A stretch of 64,000 bases of DNA from an uncultured virus (IMG/VR IMGVR_UViG_3300013382_000005) (taxonomy: Duplodnaviria; Heunggongvirae; Uroviricota; Caudoviricetes), in IMG/VR virus record IMGVR_UViG_3300013382_000005, one strand, 5' to 3'. This document shows positions 32,693 to 40,366 of this stretch, piece by piece; within the stretch, counting starts at the first letter, position 1; every line of letters begins with the position of its first letter. A program made the position numbers and the translations under genes. The notes under the pieces were generated by a model that was not told the DNA's origin, did not search any database, and was given only the letters and a program-made list of their open reading frames with translations.

Positions 32693-33904
32693 TTGAATTC
32701 TCTAAAATATGAAGATATGATAAAAAAATACCACTATTATAAGAATGTGGTAATAAAAGATTATATCAAAAAAGGAATCTACCCAAACAACTCTCAAATA
32801 GAATTAGCTATAAATAGAATTGATTTGGCATTACCAATTCTACAGGATTATAATATTCATGAAGGCAGCAAGTTTAATACTTATCAATATAATAAAACTC
32901 TGACTCAGATATATACAGATTTATTATATCTGTATGAGTTAACCTATGATGTTACAGTTACACGTTTGAACAAATTCAAATCTTTTTTGGATACTTATGT
33001 TACGGACTTAAATAATAAAGCCAATACCTACTATAAGCGAGCCTTGATTGAAAAAAATAGCACGGCATTGGGTGATACAATTTTGTATGAAACAAATATA
33101 GTCCCAACAATAAATAATAATAGATGTATTATAAATTTTAATAGAGAATTTGAACTATACAAAGGTTCGAAGCTTGCTTGCTTTTTAAATGCTGATAGTA
33201 TCCAAGATGATGATGTCATATTTCAATTTACTGACATCGATTCAGGCGATGAATACTATGGGACAGTATACAATGACAATCAGTACTCTTTTGATGTGCC
33301 TGGAACTTTAAAGGCTAATCTTTATAATATAACCTTTGACGAAAATACAAAACTCGATTCAAAGACGACATTGTCTTTATCTGGATCTGATTATAATGTA
33401 AATAATAAATATAAAATCTATAGTGGCAAAAATAAAATGCTTATCAGGAATAAAGAGACTGGCGAATGCACAGTAGCTGATATTCCAATCAACACTACAT
33501 ATCATGTAGATTCTCATAGCTTTATAGAATTTTATATTATTGATGGCGACAATTTAACATTTACTTATAACCAGAAGCCTTTAAGCGCGAATTTTAAACT
33601 CACAAACAATACTATAGATACAAAAATAAATAATCATGTATTTTTAGAGTGTGATAGCGATTTTGCGTTTAGTATAACCTTAAACCAAGGCACAATATAT
33701 GCCTACAATAATCAATCTATATATAACAACAGTTCAGAATTAATTATAAGCAATGAACATAAATTACATGATTTTATTGTATATGAGTATGCATTAAAAG
33801 ACAATACTGCAAATTATAACATCTCTGTGATTATCAATAATATTCAGAATACCCAATTTCTAATAGACAATATAGCAATAAAGGAGCTGCTGCCAATAAA
33901 ATGA
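32693..33904 (+). CDS. Putative structural protein
   Basis: 403 aa ORF. Confidence 0.65.
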   Translation: MNSLKYEDMIKKYHYYKNVVIKDYIKKGIYPNNSQIELAINRIDLALPILQDYNIHEGSKFNTYQYNKTLTQIYTDLLYLYELTYDVTVTRLNKFKSFLDTYVTDLNNKANTYYKRALIEKNSTALGDTILYETNIVPTINNNRCIINFNREFELYKGSKLACFLNADSIQDDDVIFQFTDIDSGDEYYGTVYNDNQYSFDVPGTLKANLYNITFDENTKLDSKTTLSLSGSDYNVNNKYKIYSGKNKMLIRNKETGECTVADIPINTTYHVDSHSFIEFYIIDGDNLTFTYNQKPLSANFKLTNNTIDTKINNHVFLECDSDFAFSITLNQGTIYAYNNQSIYNNSSELIISNEHKLHDFIVYEYALKDNTANYNISVIINNIQNTQFLIDNIAIKELLPIK

Positions 33905-34116
33905 TTTTATATAATATGCGGTATCGCGGCCCATTAGAGTATGATAAATTTACTTACAATATATTTCAGTTCGTAAATTATGCAAAGTATTATTCTGACA
34001 AGACAAAAGACGCCGACATGTCAAAATTGGTTAAGGATTTCGACGCTATCTACCAAAGCACCATTAATCTTGCAGAACAAACTTATCTTAAATATATAAT
34101 GGATTGCGAGGACTAA
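33901..34116 (+). CDS. Small hypothetical protein
   Basis: 71 aa, ATGA overlap with the previous gene; RYRGPLEYDK. Confidence 0.6.
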   Translation: MILYNMRYRGPLEYDKFTYNIFQFVNYAKYYSDKTKDADMSKLVKDFDAIYQSTINLAEQTYLKYIMDCED

Positions 34117-34120
34117 AAAC

Positions 34121-35251
34121 ATGCTCCCAAAATTAGACTCTTCTGAGTTAAATGATATATTTATCTCTGCATACGATAGAGTAGATAAAAGGATATCTGA
34201 ATATTATGATATTCTCGACGAGATTACAAAAAAGAACAAAATCATTACTTATGAAAATGATTATATGAAAAAGACTTTAGAGTCATATAATCGCACTGAA
34301 GACTTAGGTAATTATAAGAACCTGTTATTAAGAGACGCATTAAATACGCAATTTGAAAAATATGGATGCACTATACATCCTAAATTTACAAATGTACCCA
34401 CAAATGTATTTAATCTAAAAACAGCTTCATCAGACCAATATTATTTCAGAAATGATGCAGATGTATCTATTAATGATAGCGACCTTGATAATTATAATGA
34501 AGATTACAAAGACATACTTAAACATGATTCTCTTACAAAGAAAATCTTTTTCAAAGAATTTTCTTCAAACGAGATTACAATAAAAATAAGTCTTCCAGAT
34601 CAATCCAGACAACTTGGCCCTACCACATTCAATTGTATTGAGTTCGACTCTTTCTTAAATGGATCATACGATGTCACTAGCATGATTATCGGCAATGCCC
34701 TTGACGAAACATATCCAATCAATTTAATTGAAGGAACAAATTATATTAAAAATGCTGGCAGGTTCAGGATTGCTTTATCTGAACGTTATAACTTCCAGGT
34801 TATTATTATTAAATGTAGACTACATTATTCTGTAGAAACAGTAAATGGAACTATGTATCCATTCGGATTAAAGCATATATATTTATATAATGCGAATTTC
34901 GATCAGTATACAGTAACCGCAACTGATAATATTAAAAATATATCTTCTTATGCGATCTGTAGAATGACTTTGCCTATTGGCACAGAATTAAATTCTATAA
35001 ACCAAAAGGTAAAAATTAAGACATTATATGGATCTGAAGAAGTACTATGTAAAAATTATGGCATAGAATTCTACGCCAATTATTTTAACGAAAATAAATT
35101 ACAATTAGCTACCAGTGAAATAGATGAATTATCTTTTGCTGGCAACTTCAATGAGTTTTATGTCAAAGTTCCTTTAATAGATTTTGGACTCAATGACAAA
35201 GTTTATAATCGGTCATTAATTGGTATCGGAGTTAATTTTACAACTAGATAA
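34121..35251 (+). CDS. Putative structural protein
   Basis: 376 aa, last gene of the + strand block. Confidence 0.65.
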   Translation: MLPKLDSSELNDIFISAYDRVDKRISEYYDILDEITKKNKIITYENDYMKKTLESYNRTEDLGNYKNLLLRDALNTQFEKYGCTIHPKFTNVPTNVFNLKTASSDQYYFRNDADVSINDSDLDNYNEDYKDILKHDSLTKKIFFKEFSSNEITIKISLPDQSRQLGPTTFNCIEFDSFLNGSYDVTSMIIGNALDETYPINLIEGTNYIKNAGRFRIALSERYNFQVIIIKCRLHYSVETVNGTMYPFGLKHIYLYNANFDQYTVTATDNIKNISSYAICRMTLPIGTELNSINQKVKIKTLYGSEEVLCKNYGIEFYANYFNENKLQLATSEIDELSFAGNFNEFYVKVPLIDFGLNDKVYNRSLIGIGVNFTTR

Positions 35252-35280
35252 AAAAGAGGTGGCGCAAAACCACCTCTTTT
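35252..35280. terminator. Bidirectional terminator between convergent gene blocks
   Basis: AAAAGAGGTGG-cgcaaaa-CCACCTCTTTT. Confidence 0.85.
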
Positions 35281-35283
35281 ATT

Positions 35284-35520
35284 TTATCTAAAATCAATCT
35301 GATTTATGATATCATCTAAATTGCGCTTATTCCAGATGATATCATACTTATCAGGCTTTGTTCTTTTGTCTATAAGTTTCAAGCCACATTCAGGACAATA
35401 ACTGAATACTTTATAATTGCTTGGATATAGACTTGAACCTATGCGATAGGTATACGAGCATTTAGGACATATGGCATATACACCAGCATCCTTCATGAAT
35501 TTTTCAAAGCGCCAAACCAT
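35284..35520 (-). CDS. Small zinc-ribbon protein
   Basis: CPKC...YCPECG. Confidence 0.65.
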   Translation of the reverse strand: MVWRFEKFMKDAGVYAICPKCSYTYRIGSSLYPSNYKVFSYCPECGLKLIDKRTKPDKYDIIWNKRNLDDIINQIDFR

Positions 35521-35777
35521 TATACTTCTCCATCATATAAATGATATGCGTCCATTACTTCCTTTGCCCAGTAATCGCAATCATAATGCCATATATAATA
35601 TATCATATCTTTATCTGCTTCGTCTACTAGACTCATCAGATATGAATGACGTAAAATATGTTTGGCTTCTTTATATGGTATACAATATGTTTCAGAGATT
35701 GTTTCAGCAATAGCTTTAAATGTTTCTCTGAAAATAATTCTATTATATATCTTTCTTACAAGTTTTGAGAATTTCAT
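35520..35777 (-). CDS. Hypothetical protein
   Basis: 85 aa, overlapping neighbours in the operon. Confidence 0.55.
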   Translation of the reverse strand: MKFSKLVRKIYNRIIFRETFKAIAETISETYCIPYKEAKHILRHSYLMSLVDEADKDMIYYIWHYDCDYWAKEVMDAYHLYDGEV

Positions 35778-36150
35778 CGCGAGTTATTTTAGAGCAACAT
35801 GGACATCTATCTTTTAATTCTGATAAAGCATTGTACGTTTCTTTATAATTAGAAATGATCCTGTAATTCTCTTCCCCTGTTTTCTTATATCTAACACGCT
35901 CAGCAACAATATAGAACATTTCAGGCATGGAAAGATCACGCCATTCAACCATTTCATATCGATCAGTATTGGTATTGATCTTTGTAAGCTGACCTGGATA
36001 ATTATCAATGCAATCCAGATACTCATCTTTTGAAGCATCGTATTTTCTCTTAGGCTCTTCAATCCAATGCTTACGCACATATTCTTCTAATGCAGGGCAA
36101 TACATAGTGCCATTCTTAATATTATTTAACATATAATATACCTTTCTCAA
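35743..36150 (-). CDS. Hypothetical protein (likely start 36132)
   Basis: 135 aa ORF with C-terminal RCPCC. Confidence 0.55.
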   Translation of the reverse strand: MRKVYYMLNNIKNGTMYCPALEEYVRKHWIEEPKRKYDASKDEYLDCIDNYPGQLTKINTNTDRYEMVEWRDLSMPEMFYIVAERVRYKKTGEENYRIISNYKETYNALSELKDRCPCCSKITRDEILKTCKKDI

Positions 36151-36189
36151 TATATTTTTTAAATTTATATATTCTTCTAAATATATTTT

Positions 36190-37083
36190 TTAATGTTGTG
36201 TCATAGTAACAGCATTCTTACCAGATTTTCTAGTACGTTTAATTGTTTTAGGATCTATCTTATAATACGCGCAAACCTTCTCTAAACCCTTACGTCGTTT
36301 AGAATTGATTGTATTTAAATGTAAACCTAGCTCATGAGCAATCTGATTATCATTAAGATTTTCAAGATAATATTTAGCAAATATTTTACGCTCGAGTTTA
36401 GTTAAAGTCTGGAATGCTTCATTACAGTAGCCGTCAATCCATTCTTGTGAAAGTAAACCGGTTTCACTCTCATAATATTTATCTTCATATAATTCAGAAG
36501 AATCGTCTTTCATAGTCTCAACGCTATATTCTGATATTTTATATCCTATGTTTAACGGATTCTGAAATTGCTTTTTTATATGCCGAGCTAATTCAAACTT
36601 ATAACTATTGTTTACATAAGCACAGAAATTTTTTCCAACCTGCTTATATCTCTTAGCTACTACTAAAAATAACATTTGTAAATCAATCATGATCTCTTCT
36701 GGATCATTTTTGCCATATGCTTCTTTAATAAAATTAAATGATTCATATATTGATTTACGATACTCAGCCGTTTGTTTTTTTCTGTGTAACGCATTTAATA
36801 ATGCCCTGTCATTTATAAAGTTGCCAACGAAATCCTTGGCTTCTTTATCATTCCAATTAATTGTACCGGTAGTTATTATAATTAGATATTTTTTAAATAA
36901 AGGATAAAACTGTTTAATAAGTTTTTCAGCAGCTTGTTTACCTATTTCTACTATTTCAGGATCGTTTTTGCATTCGTCCTTAAATTGTTTTTGGTAGTCG
37001 AGTACCCACTCTTCTATTTGCTGCCATTCTTGTTGCTTATGTTTAAGAGTTAACTCTTCATACTGTTGTGGACAGTTATTAAT
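36190..37083 (-). CDS. Phage sigma-70-like factor, probable ATT start (297 aa)
   Basis: Region-4 HTH: LTKLERKIFAKYYLENLNDNQIAHELGLHLNTINSKRRKGLEK. The frame is open for 131 codons upstream of ATG 36690 with no ATG/GTG/TTG (includes AAEKLIKQFYPLFKKY, region-2-like). RBS AGGTG lies 7 nt before ATT 37083. Confidence 0.7.
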   Translation of the reverse strand: MNNCPQQYEELTLKHKQQEWQQIEEWVLDYQKQFKDECKNDPEIVEIGKQAAEKLIKQFYPLFKKYLIIITTGTINWNDKEAKDFVGNFINDRALLNALHRKKQTAEYRKSIYESFNFIKEAYGKNDPEEIMIDLQMLFLVVAKRYKQVGKNFCAYVNNSYKFELARHIKKQFQNPLNIGYKISEYSVETMKDDSSELYEDKYYESETGLLSQEWIDGYCNEAFQTLTKLERKIFAKYYLENLNDNQIAHELGLHLNTINSKRRKGLEKVCAYYKIDPKTIKRTRKSGKNAVTMTQH

Positions 37084-37171
37084 ACTAATACACCTATTAC
37101 TGAGACTTCTTGGCTCGTTATTTGTTATCTTTAGTAAGCTTTATATTAGTATCTTTAGTTAATATTTTAGA

Positions 37172-37375
37172 TTACAAATCTGTTGTATCCGCTCTAAAGC
37201 AATGGTAATCATCACAATAACCACAGTCTCTGACTTGATTATTATGAAACTTATCATTGTATAAACTACATGCTATTGGTTCTGTTTTTACATAGTCTTC
37301 TGTATCTTCATTCGCATGGATACAATATATGCAAAAATCACAGCATGGGATACAATCTCCGTTGCATAGAATCAT
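37172..37375 (-). CDS. Small Cys-rich protein
   Basis: CIPCCDFCIYC...CGYCDDYHC. Confidence 0.6.
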   Translation of the reverse strand: MILCNGDCIPCCDFCIYCIHANEDTEDYVKTEPIACSLYNDKFHNNQVRDCGYCDDYHCFRADTTDL

Positions 37376-37377
37376 AA

Positions 37378-37893
37378 TTATTTGGTTTTGGCTTTATCCT
37401 TTTTGCTCTGTTTCCGGCGCTTATCTAATTCCTCTAACGTACACCATTCCTGAGTTACACTATCATACGTTATAAGATATAACTCAATATCTGGATATTT
37501 AGAGTCGAATAATTTTCTTTTAATGGCAAAATCAGCAGTTATAAATCCTTTAGTATCTACAAGATAAAAGTCTGTTTCTTTATCAGATCTATAGATTTTA
37601 AAATCTGCTATATATTTTGTAGCTCTGTATTTTTTACCGTACTTTTCATATGGCTGAATGAGAATAAATTCTGGCTGCAATTCAAAGTGATCTATTTCTT
37701 TATGATCTCGGAGGTCCTTAAGATATTGGTAATATCTACTCTCTAAAATAGAATCAAATTGAATATCGTCTATAACTACTTTTTTATTGCCTAATTTTGA
37801 CTTAACAGTCTTAATTTTTTCAGTCTGCGAACTCTGATTCGTAGTCTGAATTGATTCGCTCGCTTTTGTTCTTTTTCTTCGTATGAATGCCAA
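37378..37893 (-). CDS. DUF1064-family PD-(D/E)XK endonuclease
   Basis: KKVVIDDIQFDSILESRYY...FELQPEFIL...YIADF...VDTKG. Confidence 0.8.
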   Translation of the reverse strand: MAFIRRKRTKASESIQTTNQSSQTEKIKTVKSKLGNKKVVIDDIQFDSILESRYYQYLKDLRDHKEIDHFELQPEFILIQPYEKYGKKYRATKYIADFKIYRSDKETDFYLVDTKGFITADFAIKRKLFDSKYPDIELYLITYDSVTQEWCTLEELDKRRKQSKKDKAKTK

Positions 37894-38011
37894 CTAATTC
37901 TTTAAGATCTATTGAATTTTCAATCAATAAATCTTCTTCCTGGTCTTCATCCATTGATATCGATTTATCTATATCCTTAGTATACTCAGGCATATTATTC
38001 TTGGTCTCCAT
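37820..38011 (-). CDS. Small acidic hypothetical protein
   Basis: 63 aa, overlaps both neighbours. Confidence 0.4.
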   Translation of the reverse strand: METKNNMPEYTKDIDKSISMDEDQEEDLLIENSIDLKELVGIHTKKKNKSERINSDYESEFAD

Positions 38012-38303
38012 AAGCTATAATCCAATCCTCTGTTATCATATCATAAAAATTCGGACTCCACCCAAAGATATACTTATCATTATCTGAATCAATAAGTAAT
38101 AGACCATTATATGCATCTTCAGACAGTGCATACTTAGAATATTTATTAAGTAAATTAATTGCGATATCATTGCCATTTAAAAGCATTACAACACAATTAA
38201 TTCCCTGTCTCTTCCATGAAGCACGGGTAAATACATATCCATTGTCTTTCATCAGCACCAAGGCAGATTTTATATCATATAGTTTTTCAAAATTTTCCGG
38301 CAT
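37995..38303 (-). CDS. DUF2829 / Tad2-like protein (candidate Thoeris anti-defence sponge)
   Basis: ALVLMKDNGYVFTRASWK...GWSPNFYDMITEDW matches the AL..MK.G..V.R.GW / W.PS..D.LAEDW family pattern. Confidence 0.65.
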   Translation of the reverse strand: MPENFEKLYDIKSALVLMKDNGYVFTRASWKRQGINCVVMLLNGNDIAINLLNKYSKYALSEDAYNGLLLIDSDNDKYIFGWSPNFYDMITEDWIIAYGDQE

Positions 38304-38328
38304 AAAACTTTTCCTTACTATTATATTA

Positions 38329-39051
38329 TTATTGATTCTGATACCAATATCTACAATACATTTTACCTTGGCAGTTTGAACACATTATGTTTTCTCTGGG
38401 GTAAAAATATTTTCCTGCTATAGCATTGCCAATATTATAAATCGAAGAAGTAAGGCGTTTAAAATCTTGCTCTCCTCGATACGTATAATAACTCTTATTG
38501 CTTTTAGTACTATAAATATGAATACCATCAATAGGCTGCTTATATAATTCATTGAATGCATAAGCATCTATCGTATATTTAAGATAAGTTTGAATAGAGT
38601 ATTCGTCGAACTCCTTATCCGTAAAATTAGGATAAAAGAGCTCGACTTTTTTCGTTTCTGGATCTACTAATATCTGATCGATATTTCCTTGCATCACTAC
38701 ATTTTGTACATTTATAACGTATGGAATACTAACACCGCCAACAGCAATCCTATTATTCTGAGCCCAAGTTGCAAATGTTACGATCTTTTGCCATCCGGAT
38801 ATATTTTTCTTTTCGTCGACTATATCTTTATTATCGAGGCAAATAGTATTCCACTTACGTTGTAATTCTTTGAATGTAGGAATCATACCATTGTATAATC
38901 TTGTAAGAAAATATTTCATAACCTGAGTTATAAGCTTATGTTGTGTTCTATGATATGGAATGTTAATCTTATTTATATTGCGCAAGGCATATAAAACCGG
39001 ACATTCCATATAATCATAAAACTGTTGCTCAGATATTTTTATGGTATCCAT
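38329..39051 (-). CDS. PD-(D/E)XK-fold, Cas4/AddB-like Fe-S protein
   Basis: N-terminal YMECP, GNIDQI, and C-terminal CSNCQGKMYC (1+3 Cys pattern). Confidence 0.6.
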   Translation of the reverse strand: MDTIKISEQQFYDYMECPVLYALRNINKINIPYHRTQHKLITQVMKYFLTRLYNGMIPTFKELQRKWNTICLDNKDIVDEKKNISGWQKIVTFATWAQNNRIAVGGVSIPYVINVQNVVMQGNIDQILVDPETKKVELFYPNFTDKEFDEYSIQTYLKYTIDAYAFNELYKQPIDGIHIYSTKSNKSYYTYRGEQDFKRLTSSIYNIGNAIAGKYFYPRENIMCSNCQGKMYCRYWYQNQ

Positions 39052-39058
39052 ATTTTAA

Positions 39059-39526
39059 TCAGAGGACTTTCTCTGCTTCATTACGAAGAGTTTCTACAAT
39101 AAATCTTGCTGTAGAAAGAATAGACTGAGGAGTATCAGGCTGCGGTCTCACACCAGGAACTGCTGACATTTCTCCGAACTGAGCCTCAATAGACTGGAAC
39201 AAAGGAAGTCTGTATTCTTCTGGCACACCCTTCTCCTCGAGAAACGGATCCAGCTTCTCACGAGCCTTAAATACATCATAGAAATTATTATCATTGATGT
39301 ATACATTATGAAGAAGAGCTGCCATTAAAAGAATATCAACATAGACAAGATGAGTATTCTTGTCACGTATGAGTCCTCTGTTTTCGAGAAGCTTATAGCA
39401 CCAATGAGCAACATCGTTTGCTATACTCTTCTTTTCATCAGAGACATTCTCCATTTCATAGATTTCGTTAATCTGATTACGGAGATTTTCGTTATTGATT
39501 AGATCAATAGCATTTGTATCAAACAT
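39059..39526 (-). CDS. HD-domain-like protein (degenerate)
   Basis: DILLMAALLHNV, with HN in place of HD. Confidence 0.5.
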   Translation of the reverse strand: MFDTNAIDLINNENLRNQINEIYEMENVSDEKKSIANDVAHWCYKLLENRGLIRDKNTHLVYVDILLMAALLHNVYINDNNFYDVFKAREKLDPFLEEKGVPEEYRLPLFQSIEAQFGEMSAVPGVRPQPDTPQSILSTARFIVETLRNEAEKVL

Positions 39527-39812
39527 AATTTATTTTCCTCTCAAGTTGATTTGTGTAGTCAAAAGACTTAAACCGAATCTGTCTGTTTTTAAAATCATTT
39601 ATTTCTGGACGAATAACCATTTTATTGACAAGATCAGATTTGTGCAGACGAGTATTGCACAAATTTATTTTTGTGCTTTCATCTCTACACTTAATACATT
39701 CAGAGTCATAATCATTATAGTTTCTACAACCATAACAAATAGGACACTGAATATAATTAACGCATTTAATTTTAAAACCTCTGACGTCATGAGGTGTTTT
39801 TTGTTTTTGCAT
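39519..39812 (-). CDS. Cys-rich hypothetical protein
   Basis: True start is probably ATG 39812 (RBS AGGAG), because the ORF-track start falls inside the promoter. CPICYGC...CIKC. Confidence 0.6.
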   Translation of the reverse strand: MQKQKTPHDVRGFKIKCVNYIQCPICYGCRNYNDYDSECIKCRDESTKINLCNTRLHKSDLVNKMVIRPEINDFKNRQIRFKSFDYTNQLERKINYV

Positions 39813-39911
39813 TTTAAGTATTCTCCTAAAAACAAAAAACGAGCATAAATATACGCTCGCTATCTTCTTAGAATAGGATTTATCTTTAGTGAAAATATAA
39901 GTTATGTTTTT

Positions 39912-39940
39912 ATTATACCACAATAAAATCATTTTGTCAA
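39912..39940 (-). promoter_or_regulatory. Consensus sigmaA promoter with extended -10
   Basis: TTGACA, 17-nt spacer ending in TGG, TATAAT; A-rich UP element. Confidence 0.85.
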
Positions 39941-39971
39941 GTATTTTTTAAAATAATTTTATTATAGTTGA

Positions 39972-40045
39972 TAATGACAGCGGGATTCGAACCCGCAATA
40001 AATGGTTTTTGAGACCATCTCGTATACCTATTCCGACATGTCATC
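39972..40045 (-). tRNA. tRNA-Leu(CAA) with a short variable loop
   Basis: Acceptor stem GATGACA/TGTCATT; D arm TCGGAATAGGTATACGA; anticodon arm ATGGT-CTCAAAA-ACCAT; T arm GCGGG-TTCGAAT-CCCGC; discriminator A; no encoded CCA. Confidence 0.85.
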
Positions 40046-40051
40046 ATAAAA

Positions 40052-40070
40052 TGGGCGTATAAAACGCCCA
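40052..40070 (-). terminator. Hairpin closing the TnpB RNA region
   Basis: TGGGCGT-tttat-ACGCCCA followed by TTTT on the minus strand. Confidence 0.55.
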
Positions 40071-40080
40071 AAAGCACAAT

Positions 40081-40203
40081 GTTAATTACTTATTATATTT
40101 AAATCAGGAGATTCCAATTGCTTACTATCTACGATAAATTGCACCAATTGTTTATTATATCAGGCTTGTATACCAATTGTTTATCAAATAATCAATTAGT
40201 TAT
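40081..40203 (-). CRISPR. Non-canonical mini array: 13-16 nt repeats with 16-19 nt intervals, downstream of tnpB
   Basis: Repeats ATAAACAATTGGT (40184-40172 and 40155-40143), GTAAGCAATTGGA (40125-40113), and degenerate ATAAGTAATTAAC (40093-40081) and ATAACTAATTGAT (40203-40191). The period is 29-32 nt for the last four copies. Confidence 0.55.
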
Positions 40204-40366
40204 AATATCGTAATAATAAACTTATAACTAGAGTATTTATATTCTAATAAAAATAAATAGAATCGAAGTTCAATCGATAAATCTAAAATCTATCTCCTTC
40301 GCCTCTGTTATATCATCGGACGATTGGCAACGCCCGCTCATTATCCAGAATATATCCGGATAATAT
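40191..40366 (-). ncRNA. Putative omega-RNA (reRNA) scaffold of TnpB
   Basis: Structured non-coding region 3' of tnpB: hairpin ATTATCCGGA/TCTGGATAAT, GCGGGCGTTGCCAATCGTCCG segment, terminal TAGTTATAA...TTATAACTA stem. Confidence 0.6.

Noticed and set aside
40081..40203. Canonical CRISPR-Cas locus
   Set aside because: The repeats and spacers are far shorter than canonical and there is no cas1/cas2; reported instead as a TnpB-linked mini array.
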